Shown: positions 1 to 12,152 of the stretch, piece by piece
Layout of the letters: every line of letters begins with the position of its first letter
Numbering within the stretch: the first letter of the stretch is position 1
Assembly: GCF_006345805.1 (NCBI RefSeq)
Contig: NC_043004.1
Span: 50,468,001-50,532,000, forward strand
DNA length: 64,000 nucleotides
Direction of reading: 5' to 3'
DNA from: Octopus sinensis
Taxonomy: Eukaryota
Position numbers and translations under genes: made by a program
The notes under the pieces: model-generated
The model's database searches: none
Told to the model about the DNA's origin: nothing
Seen by the model: only the letters and a program-made list of their open reading frames with translations

Positions 1-32
1 GATGATGATATATATATATATATACATATATA

Positions 33-460
33 TTAGGTTGTTCCGAAAATATTGGCCGATTTCAGAAACATAATTTTATTCTGGAAAAATTAACAATAGA
101 AATGTTTTGATTAGTCAAAGTATATGAGCCATGAACATCTATGTATCTCTGCCATCAATCAACAAGATTATTTATGCCTTGTCTATAAAAACTTATTGGC
201 TTTGATGCTAAGAAATCTTCGAAAGCTGATTCCACCTCTGGTTTGGACCTGAAAGTTTTATAACTTAAAAATGTGTTTAAATACTTAAATAAATGGTAGG
301 GATTGGGTGAAAAATCAGGAGAATTGGGAGAATGTGGTAAAGTCTTGTATCCCAAGTCTGTGAGTTTCTGCAGCATCATTCTTGCAACATGTGGCTTTGC
401 ATTATCATGGAGCAGAATTGGGCCATGTCCACGCACCAATGCAGGTCTCATTTTTTACGA
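33..460 (-). mobile_element. mariner transposon 3' remnant (transposase C-terminus plus one TIR)
   Basis: ORF 155-451 reads LLHDNAKPH...PHSPNSPDFSPNPYHLF, matching the mariner LLHDNARPH / HPPYSPDLAPSDYHLF motifs; TIR-like TTAGGTTG begins at 33 after TA. Confidence 0.85.
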
Positions 461-620
461 GTGAGCATGCATTTCAGCGAGTTGATTGCAGTAAACCTCT
501 GCTGTTTATTTGTGGTCCTGTGCCTAAGTTAGAAACAATTGTCGTTGCTTGTTAGTGTAAAGAAGTTTCTTGAAAATTCATTTTGATATATTTTCATTTT
601 GTTTTCCTGTCTATTTACAG

Positions 621-658
621 CCATCAAAGGAACCAGTTTCTGCACCTCAGCCAGGAGG
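621..658 (+). CDS. SLC44A1: choline transporter-like protein (SLC44A1/CTL1-like), internal exon (A)IKGTSFCTSARR
   Basis: ttttcctgtctatttacag acceptor, gtatga donor; matches the CTL 'NFCTSAK' motif and joins in phase 0 to the 2768 exon. Confidence 0.85.
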
Positions 659-789
659 GTATGAGTTATTTCTCATATTATACATTTTTTTTCTTAGTCG
701 ATATATATATAGCTATCCTTGTTACTAGTAGTTTTGAACTCCCAACAAAAAGACCACAAATCCATATAATGTTGTCAGAACTGTGCTAT

Positions 790-2045
790 GTCTAAGATAT
801 ATACATTTTGTTATTAAGTGACTGGGTACTCTTTGCAGTAAGTGATACAGTCCATATAAAATACGTTGAAGGACCATGTGAAGATACAGTCCATCTAGCT
901 GTAAATAGATACCATGTGGAGGTGCAATCCACCTAGCTATAACTAGGTATAAAGTGGAGACATGATACAACTAGCTGTGATTATGTACCCTGTTGAGGTA
1001 CCATGTCGAGGTTCAGCCCATCTAACTGTAAATCTGAAGCACTCCATCGGTTACGATGATGAGGGTTCCGGTTGATCCGATCAACGGAACAGCCTGCTCG
1101 TGAAATTAACGTGCAAGTGGCTGAGCACTCCACAGACACGTGTACCCTTAACGTAGTTCTCGGGGATATTCAGCGTGACACAGAGAGTGACAAGGCCGGC
1201 CCTTTGAAATACAGGTACAACAGAAACAGGAAGTAAGAGTGAGAGAAAGTTGTGGTGAAAGAGTACAGCAGGGATCACCACCATCCCTGCCGGAGCCTCG
1301 TGGAGCTTTAGGTGTTTTCGCTCAATAAACACTCACAACGCCCGGTCTGGGAATCGAAACCGTGATCCTACGACTGCAAGTCTGCTGCCCTAACCACTGG
1401 ACCATTGCGCCTCCACAACTGTAAATAAGTACATCTGAAGATATAGTTTACATAGCTGTAAAAAGGCATCATGTTAGGAGATAGTCTCCAGAGAATCTGT
1501 AAATAGGTACTGTATATGTGAAGGAACGTGGTTTAGTGGTTAGAGTATTTAGCTCACAATTGTAAGGTCATCAGTTCGATACCCAGTACCACGTTGTGTC
1601 CTTGAGTAAGACATTTTATTTTACATTGCTCCAGTTTACTCAGCTGAAAAAAGCAAGCGCTACCTGTATTTCAAAGGGCCAACCTTGTCATGACTCTCCC
1701 AGGCATGTGTATCTGTGAAGTGCTCAGCCACTTGCATGTTTATTTCATGAGCTAACTGTTCTGTTGATCACATCAACTGGAACTCTCATCTTCATAACCA
1801 AAGGAGTGCCAGTAAAATAAAGGTACTGCATGGAGTTACTATCCACCTAAATGTAAATAAGCTACCATGTGGAAATACAGTTCACCTAGTTGTAAATAGA
1901 TATCTTGTGAAGGTAGAGTCCACCTGGTTGTAATAGGTATCATGTGGATGTATATTCCACCTAGCTTTAAATAGATCCATGTGACAGAACTGTCCACCTA
2001 ACAGTAAATAGAGACCATGTGGAGGCACAGTCCACCTAGCTGGGA
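790..2045. repeat. degenerate ~38-bp minisatellite (CCATGTGGAGGTACAGTCCACCTAGCTGTAAATAGATA-like), interrupted by two SINEs
   Basis: units start at about 874, 912, 1865, 1903, 1940, 1977 and 2015. Confidence 0.75.
1036..1415 (-). mobile_element. tRNA-derived SINE family A (~380 bp)
   Basis: tRNA-like head GGAGGCGCAATGG.CCAGTGGTTAGGGCAGC...GGTTTCGATTCC; TSD aactgtaaat; seven near-identical copies in the window. Confidence 0.9.
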
Positions 2046-2767
2046 TGACCAAAGTCTTGTGAAATTTGTTTGATAGAAACTATGAAAGTTCATTGGAGGG
2101 ATTGCCTCTGTTCTTAATGGGTAGATTTTATCCAATGTCAGGTGAAACGCTACCACCTGATTATCGGGTTTGCTTTTCAGAGTCCTCTCTGTTGTGATAG
2201 TCTTCTTTTCCCTTTCTCCCACCTGACTTGAAAATGTTCCTGAGTTATGTTGCTTTCCTTCTTGATTAGTCCAATTAACCCAATCATAAGATCTATAAGG
2301 ATGCCGTTGTCATAAACCAGTTCAAAAGAAGACTTTTATTCAAACTTTCTTCTGCTTGCCATCTAATCCGTTGATCATGGCTACCTGACAAATAAGCTGC
2401 ATAGTTTTTAATATTAGGTAAAGACAGCATCCAGCTATCAACATCATTAGACACTGTACTGCACTTTCATGCTTAACTCAGAAAAGGATTTCTATATTTT
2501 TATCTGCTATTTACTATTATAGAAAAGAATTAATAAGAGAATAGTATAGTTCATAACATCCATAAACTAGGAAAAGGACACATAAGTTAGTACAGACAGT
2601 ATATGTATGTATACTATGTTTATTAAATTTTAGGCATCATTTTGTTTTAATTTTCAATGAATCTTCCTTCAATGAGACAAAATTTTTGTCACATTAAAAT
2701 TTTAACATTTCAGTATTTCCTTAACTTTATAACTCAACCAAAAATACTCTTTGAATTCTAATTCCAG

Positions 2768-2896
2768 GCATTTAATCTTCTGGTCAATAATGTTCTACGT
2801 GTGGCTGCGATCAACAGTGTTGGTGATTTTCTGCTCTTCTTGACGAAAATCTCTATTATGGTCCTCACTGGTGCTATAGGAATTGCATGGTTTAAG
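2768..2896 (+). CDS. SLC44A1: SLC44A1-like exon [43 protein letters not shown]
   Basis: ttccag/gtaaga splice sites, 129 nt phase 0-0; matches the CTL family N.LRV..IN.VGDF.LFL.K signature. Confidence 0.93.
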
Positions 2897-3341
2897 GTAA
2901 GACTAATGTATTCTTAATGACTTTCATTTTCATTCCTGTGACCCTCAGACTGCTTCTATCTTACCGAATCTTTCTCTCTTGTTTTCTCAAAATTTACAAA
3001 AATTTGCACAATATCTTAGTCTAACGCGTTCTTTTCTTTTGCAACTTACATCTTGGCACCTTTCAGTACTCTCACTCTATATGTTACATTTGTCCTTCCG
3101 TTTTCCACAGTGTAAGCATGATTGTGTGGTTAAGAAGTTTGCTTCTCAACCACATGGTTTCGAGTTCAGTCCCACTCTAAGGCACTTTGGCAAGTGTTTC
3201 TAAAAAAAAACCCTTTATATATTGTATTTTCTGGCCTCTAAGGCATACATTTTTCCAAAACATTACCCCTAAAAGTCACCCTGCATCTTATTTGCTGAAG
3301 GTTGGGCTTTGGTTAGTGTTATTAATGATAGACAATAGGAA

Positions 3342-3723
3342 GGAAGCACTCTGTCGGTTACGACGACGAGGGTTCCGGTTGATCTGATCAACGGAACAGC
3401 CTGCTCGTGAAATTAACGTGTAAGTGGCTGAGCACTCCACAGACACGTGTACCCTTAACGTAGTTCTCGGGGATATTCAGCGTGACACAGAGAGTGACAA
3501 GGCCGGCCCTTTGAAATACAGGTACAACAGAAACAGGAAGTAAGAGTGAGAGAAAGTTGTGGTGAAAGAGTACAGCAGGGATCACCACCATCCCCTGCCG
3601 GAGCCTCGTGGAGCTTTAGGTGTTTTCGCTCAATAAACACTCACAACGCCCGGTCTGGGAATCGAAACCACGATCCTACGACCGCGAGTCCGCTGCCCTA
3701 ACCACTGGGCCATTGCGCCTCCA
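3342..3723 (-). mobile_element. SINE family A
   Basis: same sequence as 1036-1415; TSD atagacaata. Confidence 0.9.
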
Positions 3724-4044
3724 CAATAGACAATAATGGTGATGGTAAAGGTCAATGATGATATTTGGTAGTGTTCAGGTAAGCATAGTAACTTAGCCTG
3801 CCATACATAATAGCTTTACCAAAAGGCATTAGTTTAAATTCTCATGGTTCCTATACATGAAAATGTGTGAGACATTTAGCTAGGATATTCAGGGTTAGCT
3901 GCAGTTATCATTTTTATTTTTTGCAGGTTCAGCCTGCCAAAATCCGTGTGCACCTTATATGTTTGAAAATACAGTGTGTGTGTGTGTGTGTGTGTGTTTG
4001 TGTCTCCTCATCTTAACATAGTATGATAGCTATAAAAGAAAATT

Positions 4045-4664
4045 GGATCTTTACCTTTTGACCAACAGATTTTTAAAATAATTTTTTGTAACTAAACACT
4101 TTCAAACTTCGGACACTGGGAGGAAGTGTCATATAAAACATCTTTTACTCTTAGCGTTTTTGAGAAAAGCTTACATTTAGGAAGTTATTTCATGTTAAAG
4201 TTGTCGTATTTCGGTAATTTCAACCAATCAATGATGTGTATTCAGCTGAATAAAATTACTGCTGTTTTTTGTCAACAAGAACCTTAATCCTAACGCTAAA
4301 ACCTTGACCCTAAAACCGTAACCCTAACACCTTAACCCTAAAACCCTGACCCAAACCCTAAAACCAGTACAAATGCACGAACGATGTCATAAATAACAGT
4401 GACAAACGAAAAATACATCTCCAATAGTTGTTGTTGACAAACAACAGCAGTAATTTTATTCAGCTGAATACACGTCATTGATTGGTTGAAATTACCGAAA
4501 TACGACAACTCTAACATGAAATAACTTCCTAAATATAAGCTTTTCTCAAAAACGTTAAGAGTAAAAGATGTTTTATGTGACACATTCTACCAGTGTCCAA
4601 AGTTTGAAAGTGTTTAGTTACAAAAAATTATTTTTTAAATCTGTCGATCAAAAGGTAAAGATCC
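4045..4664. mobile_element. fold-back/MITE-like element with ~234-bp imperfect inverted arms and a telomere-like core
   Basis: 4045-4278 is the reverse complement of 4431-4664 with scattered substitutions; the interior has degenerate CCCTAA repeats. Confidence 0.8.
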
Positions 4665-5537
4665 TGAGAATAAACATCATACAAGTAGTGTTATTTGTTT
4701 CCAACGTTCATTAAAATGTGTCTGGTCATGGGGAATATTTCTTTTCTCGGAAACAAGTAGGGCCGATGATATGAAGGTCATCCAGCTGTAGCAAATCTGC
4801 TTCAGCGATTCCATCTGGTTTATGCAAGCAAGCATAGAAAAGTGGATATTAAAAACAATGAAAACTCATAACTAGCATCCAAGCTTATTTCCAACAACTA
4901 ATCACTTTTACTTTATGACATGTAAACTCAACAAATCTATGTGAGCAAAACAAGCTGTCATCTTGGACAGGGACCCCCAACCACCAGGATACAGGCCAGT
5001 ACTGGGCTGCATAGACATCTCAATAGTAAATAGACACCACTTTTTCTTTCCCTTTAGTTTCCATCTAACAAATCTACTAGCAAGGCTTTGGTCAGCCTGA
5101 TGCTATAGTGGAAGACTCTTGCCTCAGGTGCCATGTAGTGGGACTGAACCCAGAACCATATGGTTGAGAAGCAAGCTTCTTACCACACAGCCATGCCTGT
5201 GCCTATTTCATACACACACACAGACACACACACTCACAAAATTATAAAATAAGAGAAAATAAATTGTGAGAATGAACAAGTTTCCATACTCTTTATAATT
5301 ATTACTAATATATATATATATATATATATATATACAAAATAAGAAAATGGAGAAATACACCATAATCAATAATCAACTACCAGATAATACCCAATCACAT
5401 AATTTATTAACCCACTACATATGAACATCAAGGTCAAACATAATAGTATAGAACAAAACAATGCACATCAATGAATAATATGATACAATAAGTACAGTAT
5501 GTATAAGTGAATATAAATAAATATAAATATAAACTAC

Positions 5538-5664
5538 ATCTTACAGCTGTTTCAGCCATGCAGATATGGGTATCTCATTATGCTCATATTAGCCAGGTGT
5601 GATAAGTTAATATGTGGTTATAAATGAGACACTTACAAAAATATCCCAAGGCCTCTTCAGAGAT
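5538..5664 (-). ncRNA. type I hammerhead ribozyme motif (left-arm copy)
   Basis: minus strand reads ATCT-CTGAAGA-GGCC...GGCT-GAAA-C-AGCT-GT-A-AGAT. Confidence 0.72.
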
Positions 5665-6687
5665 TATAAAGTACAAGCTAAACTAAATATGAATATCGGA
5701 AGAGGTACACCCATACAAGAGTGGGTACATACCCATAATATATAATATATAATATATAATATACGCATACATATGAGTGCATATACCCATACTCCTATAT
5801 ATATATATATACACACATATACATAATAATATACAACAATATACATACATATGTTCTATATTCAAGGTTACAGTTGGTCAAAACAATATATTAGAATATT
5901 ACAATATACAAACATACACATATCTATATTCAAATGCACATATACAAAATCAAGAGTTTATTATACTAAGTTACAAAATGCCATTAATATTACCATCATT
6001 ATTATTACCATTACCACCATTGCTACTAATATTATTATTATTATTATTAATAACAATAATACCAGCAAAACAATATATGCATCACGCGGTTCACAGTACA
6101 TATTATGTGGAAAAAATCAGGTAGAATACATCGACATCATAATATATTGGAATAGCAACATAATAGCAATATAATAGCAACAACAACAATAATAATAATG
6201 CAAAACATTATAAATCGGCAAATACATATAAAATGAAAAATATTGATTCACATCATAGCAAAGTCCATAAATGTACAAGCATATAAACGCGTGCTAGCAA
6301 TAGTTTTTGACGGTGTTTAATAATAATAATATTAGTAGCAATGGTGGTAATGGTAATAATAATGATGGTAATATTAATGGCATTTTGTAACTTAGTATAA
6401 TGAACTCTTGACTTTGTATATGTGCATTTGAATATAGATATGTGTATGTTTGTATATTGTAATATTCTAATATATTGTTTTTACCAACTGTAACCTTGAA
6501 TATAGAACATATGTATGTATATTGTTGTATATTATTATGTATATGTGTATATATATATATATAGGAGTATGGGTATATGCACTCATATGTATGCGTATAT
6601 TATATATTATATATTATGGGTATGTACCCACTCTTGTATGGGTGTACCTCCTCTGTTATTCATATTTAGTTTAGCTTGTACTTTATA

Positions 6688-6814
6688 ATCTCTGAAGAGG
6701 CCTTGGGATATTTTTGTAAGTGTCTCATTTATAACCACATATTAACTTATCACACCTGGCTAATATGAGCATAATGAGATACCCATATCTGCATGGCTGA
6801 AACAGCTGTAAGAT
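6688..6814 (+). ncRNA. type I hammerhead ribozyme motif (right-arm copy, sense to the SLC44A1 pre-mRNA)
   Basis: stem I ATCT(6688-91)/AGAT(6811-14); core CTGAAGA 6692-98; stem II GGCC/GGCT with long extension; GAAA 6799-6802; stem III AC-AGCT-GT; predicted GUA cleavage after 6810. Confidence 0.75.
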
Positions 6815-7167
6815 GTAATTCACTTATACATATTGTACTTATTGTATCATATTACTCATTGATGTGCATTGTTTTGTTCTATACTATTATGTTTGACCTT
6901 GATGTTCATATGTAGTGGGTTAATAAATTATGTGATTGGGTATTATCTGGTAGTTGATTATTGATTATGGTGTATTTCTCCATTTTCTTATTTTGTATTA
7001 TTAATTTGTGGTAAAACATTTTACCTTTGCCCATATAATACAATAAATGAATTAATTGCATCGCAATTCTTAACATTTACGTATTTACTTTGTTGGATAC
7101 TTCACTAGCAGTATATTGGATATATGTTATCCCATGGTGGGTTGCACTCACAACCCCTATCTCAATT

Positions 7168-7228
<61 letters not shown>

Positions 7229-7229
7229 A

Positions 7230-7426
7230 TATAAATTAGAGATAAAACCACTATTATGCAACTCAAACAGTGATAGACATAAACCAATATTGATCATTCA
7301 TTTTTATACTTTTTGAGATCTAGTTATAAGCTATATGTTTTATAAAAATATATATTATTTGTTATTTATGTTTTGATTTATGTCTGTCACTGAGTTGAAT
7401 AATAGTGGTTTTATCTCTAATTTATA
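7230..7426. mobile_element. small MITE-like element with ~45-bp imperfect TIRs
   Basis: TATAAATTAGAGATAAAACCACTATTA at 7230 and its reverse complement ending at 7426. Confidence 0.65.
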
Positions 7427-7983
7427 TTTTATATATTTATACTGTGAAATTTGATTTAATACTAAATTGAATTTTTCCCTGTAAGTTTGGAGTTATACTC
7501 CCTAATATATATATATATATATATCATCATCATCGTTTAGCATCCGTTTTCCGCGCTAGGATGGGTTGGACTAAAATAAATATTCCTTCTGGAGCCATGC
7601 TAGGCTCGTAAGGGCCGGTTTCCCAGTTTCAGTGGCGTAGAAATTCCCTACCTGGACGGGACGCCAGTCCGTTGTAGGATTACTCATTTTTGCCAGCTGA
7701 GTGGACTGGAGCAATGTGAAATGAAGTGTTTTGCTCAAGAACACAACGCATCGCCCGGTGCAGGAATCGAAACCACAACCTTACGATCATGAGTTCAACA
7801 CCCTAGCCCCAAAGCCACGCGCATATATATATATATGTCTATGTACCTGTTTGTCTATCAACCCAGCTAGACACTCTGTAATACTTATAATGACTAAGAC
7901 AGAAATTGTGCCAGCATTTCACGATCATTATTTACAGCACTATTCTGAATATGTAATAATTCTTACCATTTCTACTTTTACAG

Positions 7984-8076
7984 ACAGATGAAGATCTCCA
8001 TTATTATGCCATCCCTGTTCTCTTAGTGTGTGTCTTTGCCTATATATTGGCCAGCTGTTTTATGTCTCAGTATGAG
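7984..8076 (+). CDS. SLC44A1: SLC44A1-like exon TDEDLHYYAIPVLLVCVFAYILASCFMSQYE
   Basis: ttttacag/gtaagt splice sites, 93 nt phase 0-0; hydrophobic TM segment typical of the CTL family. Confidence 0.92.
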
Positions 8077-8217
8077 GTAAGTAATTATCAATTTTTTTAC
8101 TGTTCACCTCTTTCATTTATGCATTTACCAAAGCTATGTGTTGCTCTGTTTGTCTGCTTCTCTCTCTCTCTCTCTCTCTCCATATAGTTTGAGTGTAAGT
8201 GTATTTTTACTTGCCTA

Positions 8218-9978
8218 CAAGATCTTGCAGATAAATTGAGACAATTTTTACGATGCATAAAACTGGTTATAAATACTAAAATAATAGTAGTAGACAGATA
8301 TAATTTTAAGGTAACATTTATTACAACAAAAACATTTATCACTCAATATGGCCATCGTTTTGGGCAGTTACTGCTTCTACACGGGAATGAAATTCTTTTG
8401 CAGCTGCTGCAACCTCCGCATGTCACACACATAATGCATGTCTTCAAACTGTTGACACTTGAGTGTGGTGAAGCATTGGTCCTTGCTTGAAGTATGCCCC
8501 ATAAAAAGTAATTGAGAAGGTTGAGATCTGGGCTATTACTGGGCCTGATGTTGACCCTCACAAAAAATGACACCTTCTCACCAAGGAAGGCCTGTGATGC
8601 TTTTGACCATGGCATGGTGCAGAATTCTGGATTAGCACCACGTTGTCAAGCTCAAACTTCTGTTCCATCATCAAGAGTTCTACTAACAGAAATTATTACT
8701 GATAGGTGGAGACGCAATGGCCCAGTGGTTAGGGCAGCGGACTCGCGGTCGTAGGATCTCGGTTTCGATTCTCAAACCGGGCATTGTGAGTGTTTATTGA
8801 GCAAAAACACTTAAAGCTCCACGAGGCTCCGGCAGGGGGTGGTGATCCCTGCTGTACTCTTTCACCACAACTTTCTCTCACTCTTACTTCCTGTTTCTGT
8901 TGTACCTGTATTTCAAAGGGCCGGCCTTGTCACTCTCTTTGTCACGCTGAATATCCCCGAGAACTGCGTTAAGGGTACACGTGTCTGTGGAGTGCTCAGC
9001 CACTTACACGTTAATTTCACAAGCAGGCTGTTCCGTTGATTGGATCAACCGGAACCCTCGTCATCGTAACCGACAGAGTGCTTCCATCCATTACTGATAT
9101 ATATATATATATCCGTGCCTATGTACCTGTCATCTTATATATCTCTGTTAGAAGAACTCCTAGAGAGTTCTTCTAACAGAGAGTTCTTCAGGGTGTCCAG
9201 ATACTCCTTTGTGTCAATTTTCAAGCCAAACTCGTGTGGATCCATGGCACTTACCTCACTAGCCACAACTCCAAATACCATCACAGAGGCAGGGTTCATA
9301 GTCTCAAATACTGGTGGGGACATCAGAAGGGTTGTATGCAATCACTCGAGAATTTCTGCAATTCACCTCAGTGTCCACGGTGAACTTCTTGTCCACAAAC
9401 ACAAGAGTTTTTCCAGCACCTTGATGCTTGATGAATGACAGAAGCAATGGGCATCTCTCAGCTCTGACTGCTTTCGCCTTGGCTGTTAGGAAGTGACAGC
9501 ATCATCGAACATGGCTAGTCATGACAAGGCTCCTGTTCACAGCTCTGGACACAGTAGAAAGGGACACATTGCATTTCTTTGTGATAGTTGTAATGGATGT
9601 AGATGGGTTGGCTTCAATCAAGCATTTGAGTCCAGCGAGAAACTTTGGATTGGCTTGGAATCACTTTGAGTCTTGTGTCCTTTTCTATCAATCTTTCCTT
9701 CTTCTTTAAATTGTTTATACACATGATAAACTGTTGCTTTTGGAAGTTTCGTCAACTTAACAATTTTATGGGCAGTGTGCCTTGTTTGTGCCAAGACAAC
9801 AATGGCAGAACAATTCTGTTGTTCCATGACTTTCTGTTGTTGAATCAGTTCACTATTTACCTGAAAAATAAAGAGGAAGACTATATTTTCAAGCAAGCAA
9901 GGTTTTGTCCCAAAACGAAATGTTAAACCCACTAAGTCAACTGTTTAAAATTGGTCTCAATTTATCTGCAACACCCTG
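8218..9978 (-). mobile_element. Tc1/mariner-superfamily transposon, internally deleted, both TIRs present
   Basis: TIRs CA...TTGCAGATAAATTGAGAC flanked by TA at 8216-17 and 9979-80; HTH-like ORF 9618-9932, PASVMVFGVV segment 9135-9341, PSNSPDLNLLNYFLWG segment 8343-8615. Confidence 0.85.
8707..9086 (+). mobile_element. SINE family A nested in the Tc1/mariner remnant
   Basis: full copy; TSD attactgata. Confidence 0.9.
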
Positions 9979-10008
9979 TATGTATATATATATATATATA
10001 TATATATA

Positions 10009-11017
10009 CTAGCATTAAAGACCCGTCGTTGCCGGGTCATAGTGCTAGTGCATGTATATATGTGTATATATATGTGTACATATTACATGTACATCTATAT
10101 ATATATACATCTACACATAAAATACAAAATACAAAGTTATCTCTTGATATCGCTAGTGATAACAGTACTCAAAATAGACTGGAATTGTTAGCCCATCTCT
10201 TGTAATTTCGATCAATTGTATCTTGTCCTTCCTCTTGTATAGAAGTGTGGCTACAATCCAGCCTACCTCTACTTCTGGGGGGGGGGGGGGTACATTTAAA
10301 ATTTTTTTCTGGGACGTCCTACGTCCCAGATATAAAGGTAAAAGTAATATATTTCCACTTTGCAAGTTCGAGTCGAGTACTCCCTTGACTCGAACCTTGC
10401 TTCTATTGTGGCGAATTTACCGCCTCTGATTAGATACCTTTCATAGTCGCACCAAGACACTTTTCGAAGGTGCTTTCCTCCATGTGTTCAAATCTTTTTT
10501 CTCTACATTGTATAATTTATAGACAATAGTCTTTTCTTTAATTTAATTTTTTATTATTCCATTTCTGCACACTAATTTTATTTTTTATTTATTCCCATTC
10601 ATGTGAAACCACTTATTTAAGTTCAAATCATTGATGCAATTTTAAACCAATTGCTATTTTTACTTTTGTTATGTTACGATTATATTATACTTTAGTTTGA
10701 TTTTAATTATTACTTACTATGTATAATTCAATTGTTATTATTATTTTTATTGTTAAAGTGAAAGCATCTGACATAAAATAGAGAAATGTTTTTGTTTCAC
10801 TTTTAACACGTAATACTGAAATAGTGGTGAAGATATGATATTGCTATGGGCTCGCTCTAGGCAAGAATATGAACATTTTTTTTACCCATGAAACTACATG
10901 GACCCTAAGTAAGGCATGTGTAAAATTTGAATGAAATTGGTTGTGTAGTTCTCAAGTTTTAGGGAAACACACAGATAGACAGACAGACACACATTCTCAG
11001 TTTTATATATATAAAGA
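10009..11017 (-). mobile_element. non-autonomous Helitron (~1.0 kb)
   Basis: minus strand begins A|TC (11017) and ends GACCCG-GCAACGA-CGGGTC...CTAG|T (10009); the 5' part matches 48904-49150. Confidence 0.7.
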
Positions 11018-11162
11018 TATCCACCTCTTTCTCAACACTCAGCCTCTTTCTCTGCTCTTGGCCACTTTCTTCCACTCATGTTAAACCGCTAACTCTTACA
11101 TATTTTTTCTCTCTCCAATATAGTTACTTTTATAGAATTTTAAATACTAAAACTCTTAGTCC

Positions 11163-11535
11163 TTGCTTACCAACCACATGGTTCCGGGTTCAGTTCCACT
11201 GCGTGGCATCTTGGGCAAGTGTCTTCTGCTACAGCCCCGGGCCGACCAATGCCTTGTGAGTGGATTTGGTAGATGGAAACTGAAAGAAGCCTGTCGTATA
11301 TATGTATATGTATATAAGTGTGTGTGTATATGTTTGTGTGTCTGTGTTTGTCCCTCTAGCATTGCTTGACAACAGATGCTGGTGTGTTTACGTCCCCGTC
11401 ACTTAGTGGTTCGGCAAAAAGGGACTGATTGAATAAGTACTGGGCTTACAAAGAATAAGTCCTGGGGTCGATCTGCTCGACTAAAGGTGGTGCTCCAGCA
11501 TGGCCGCAGTCAAATGACTGAAACAAGTAAAAAAG
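11163..11535 (+). mobile_element. SINE family B (CORE-like, internal microsatellite), 5'-truncated
   Basis: CTTGGGCAAGTGTCTTCT core, central (TA/TG)n, 3' end CAGTCAAATGACTGAAACAAG; about 10 copies in the window. Confidence 0.85.
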
Positions 11536-11650
11536 AAAGAAAAAAAAAGAATCCCTTTTCGTATCTCACTGAAAAGCATAGTTGTCTCTAAAGGATCGGT
11601 TTACCATTTTGAATTTGAAACGCTCTCATTTTGTTCTATTTTTATTACAG

Positions 11651-11746
11651 ATGGTGGTTGATACCCTGCTGCTGTGTTTCTGCGAGGATGTGGAGATTAA
11701 TGATGGTTCTGCAGAGAAACCATACTACATGGATACTTCATTAATG
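11651..11746 (+). CDS. SLC44A1: SLC44A1-like exon MVVDTLLLCFCEDVEINDGSAEKPYYMDTSLM
   Basis: ttattacag/gtgagc splice sites, 96 nt; DT..LCF.ED...NDGS...PY.M is the CTL C-terminal signature. Confidence 0.95.
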
Positions 11747-11834
11747 GTGAGCTATTGCAGTTTACATGCTCTTTTGAAAGTGTGTGTATGTCTTCGACTG
11801 AAAACCCAACTCTACTAGCTTAACAATTTTTTAT

Positions 11835-12152
11835 TTGCCGGTGGCACGTAAAAAGCACCATTCGTTCATGGCCGTTGCCAGCCTCGCCTGGCCCCCGTGC
11901 CGGTGGCACATAAAAAGCACCAATCCGATCGTGGCTGTTTGCCAGACTCGTCTGGCACCTGTGCCGGTGGCACGCAAAAAGCACCCACTACACTCATGGA
12001 GTGGTTGGCGTTAGGAAGGGCATCCAGCCATAGAAACATTGCCAGATCAAACTGGGCCTGGTGCAGCCTTCTGGCTTCCCAGACCCCAGTTGAACCATCC
12101 AACCCATGCTAGCATGGAAAGCGGACGCTAAACAATGATGATGATGATGATG
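11835..12152 (+). mobile_element. RTE LINE 3'-terminal fragment with (GAT)n tail
   Basis: matches 45830-46145, the 3' end of the long RTE copy. Confidence 0.85.

Larger units (their letters stand above)
5332..6998. mobile_element. ~700-bp-arm inverted repeat element, Penelope-like non-autonomous / retrozyme-like
   Basis: 5332-~6043 is the reverse complement of ~6318-6998 with few differences; ~270-bp spacer; each arm contains a hammerhead motif. Confidence 0.75.

Noticed and set aside
1320-1415. tRNA genes at SINE heads (also 8707, 28175, 51956, 52929, 63848)
   Set aside because: The tRNA-like A/B boxes continue directly into SINE bodies with TSDs; they are not standalone tRNAs
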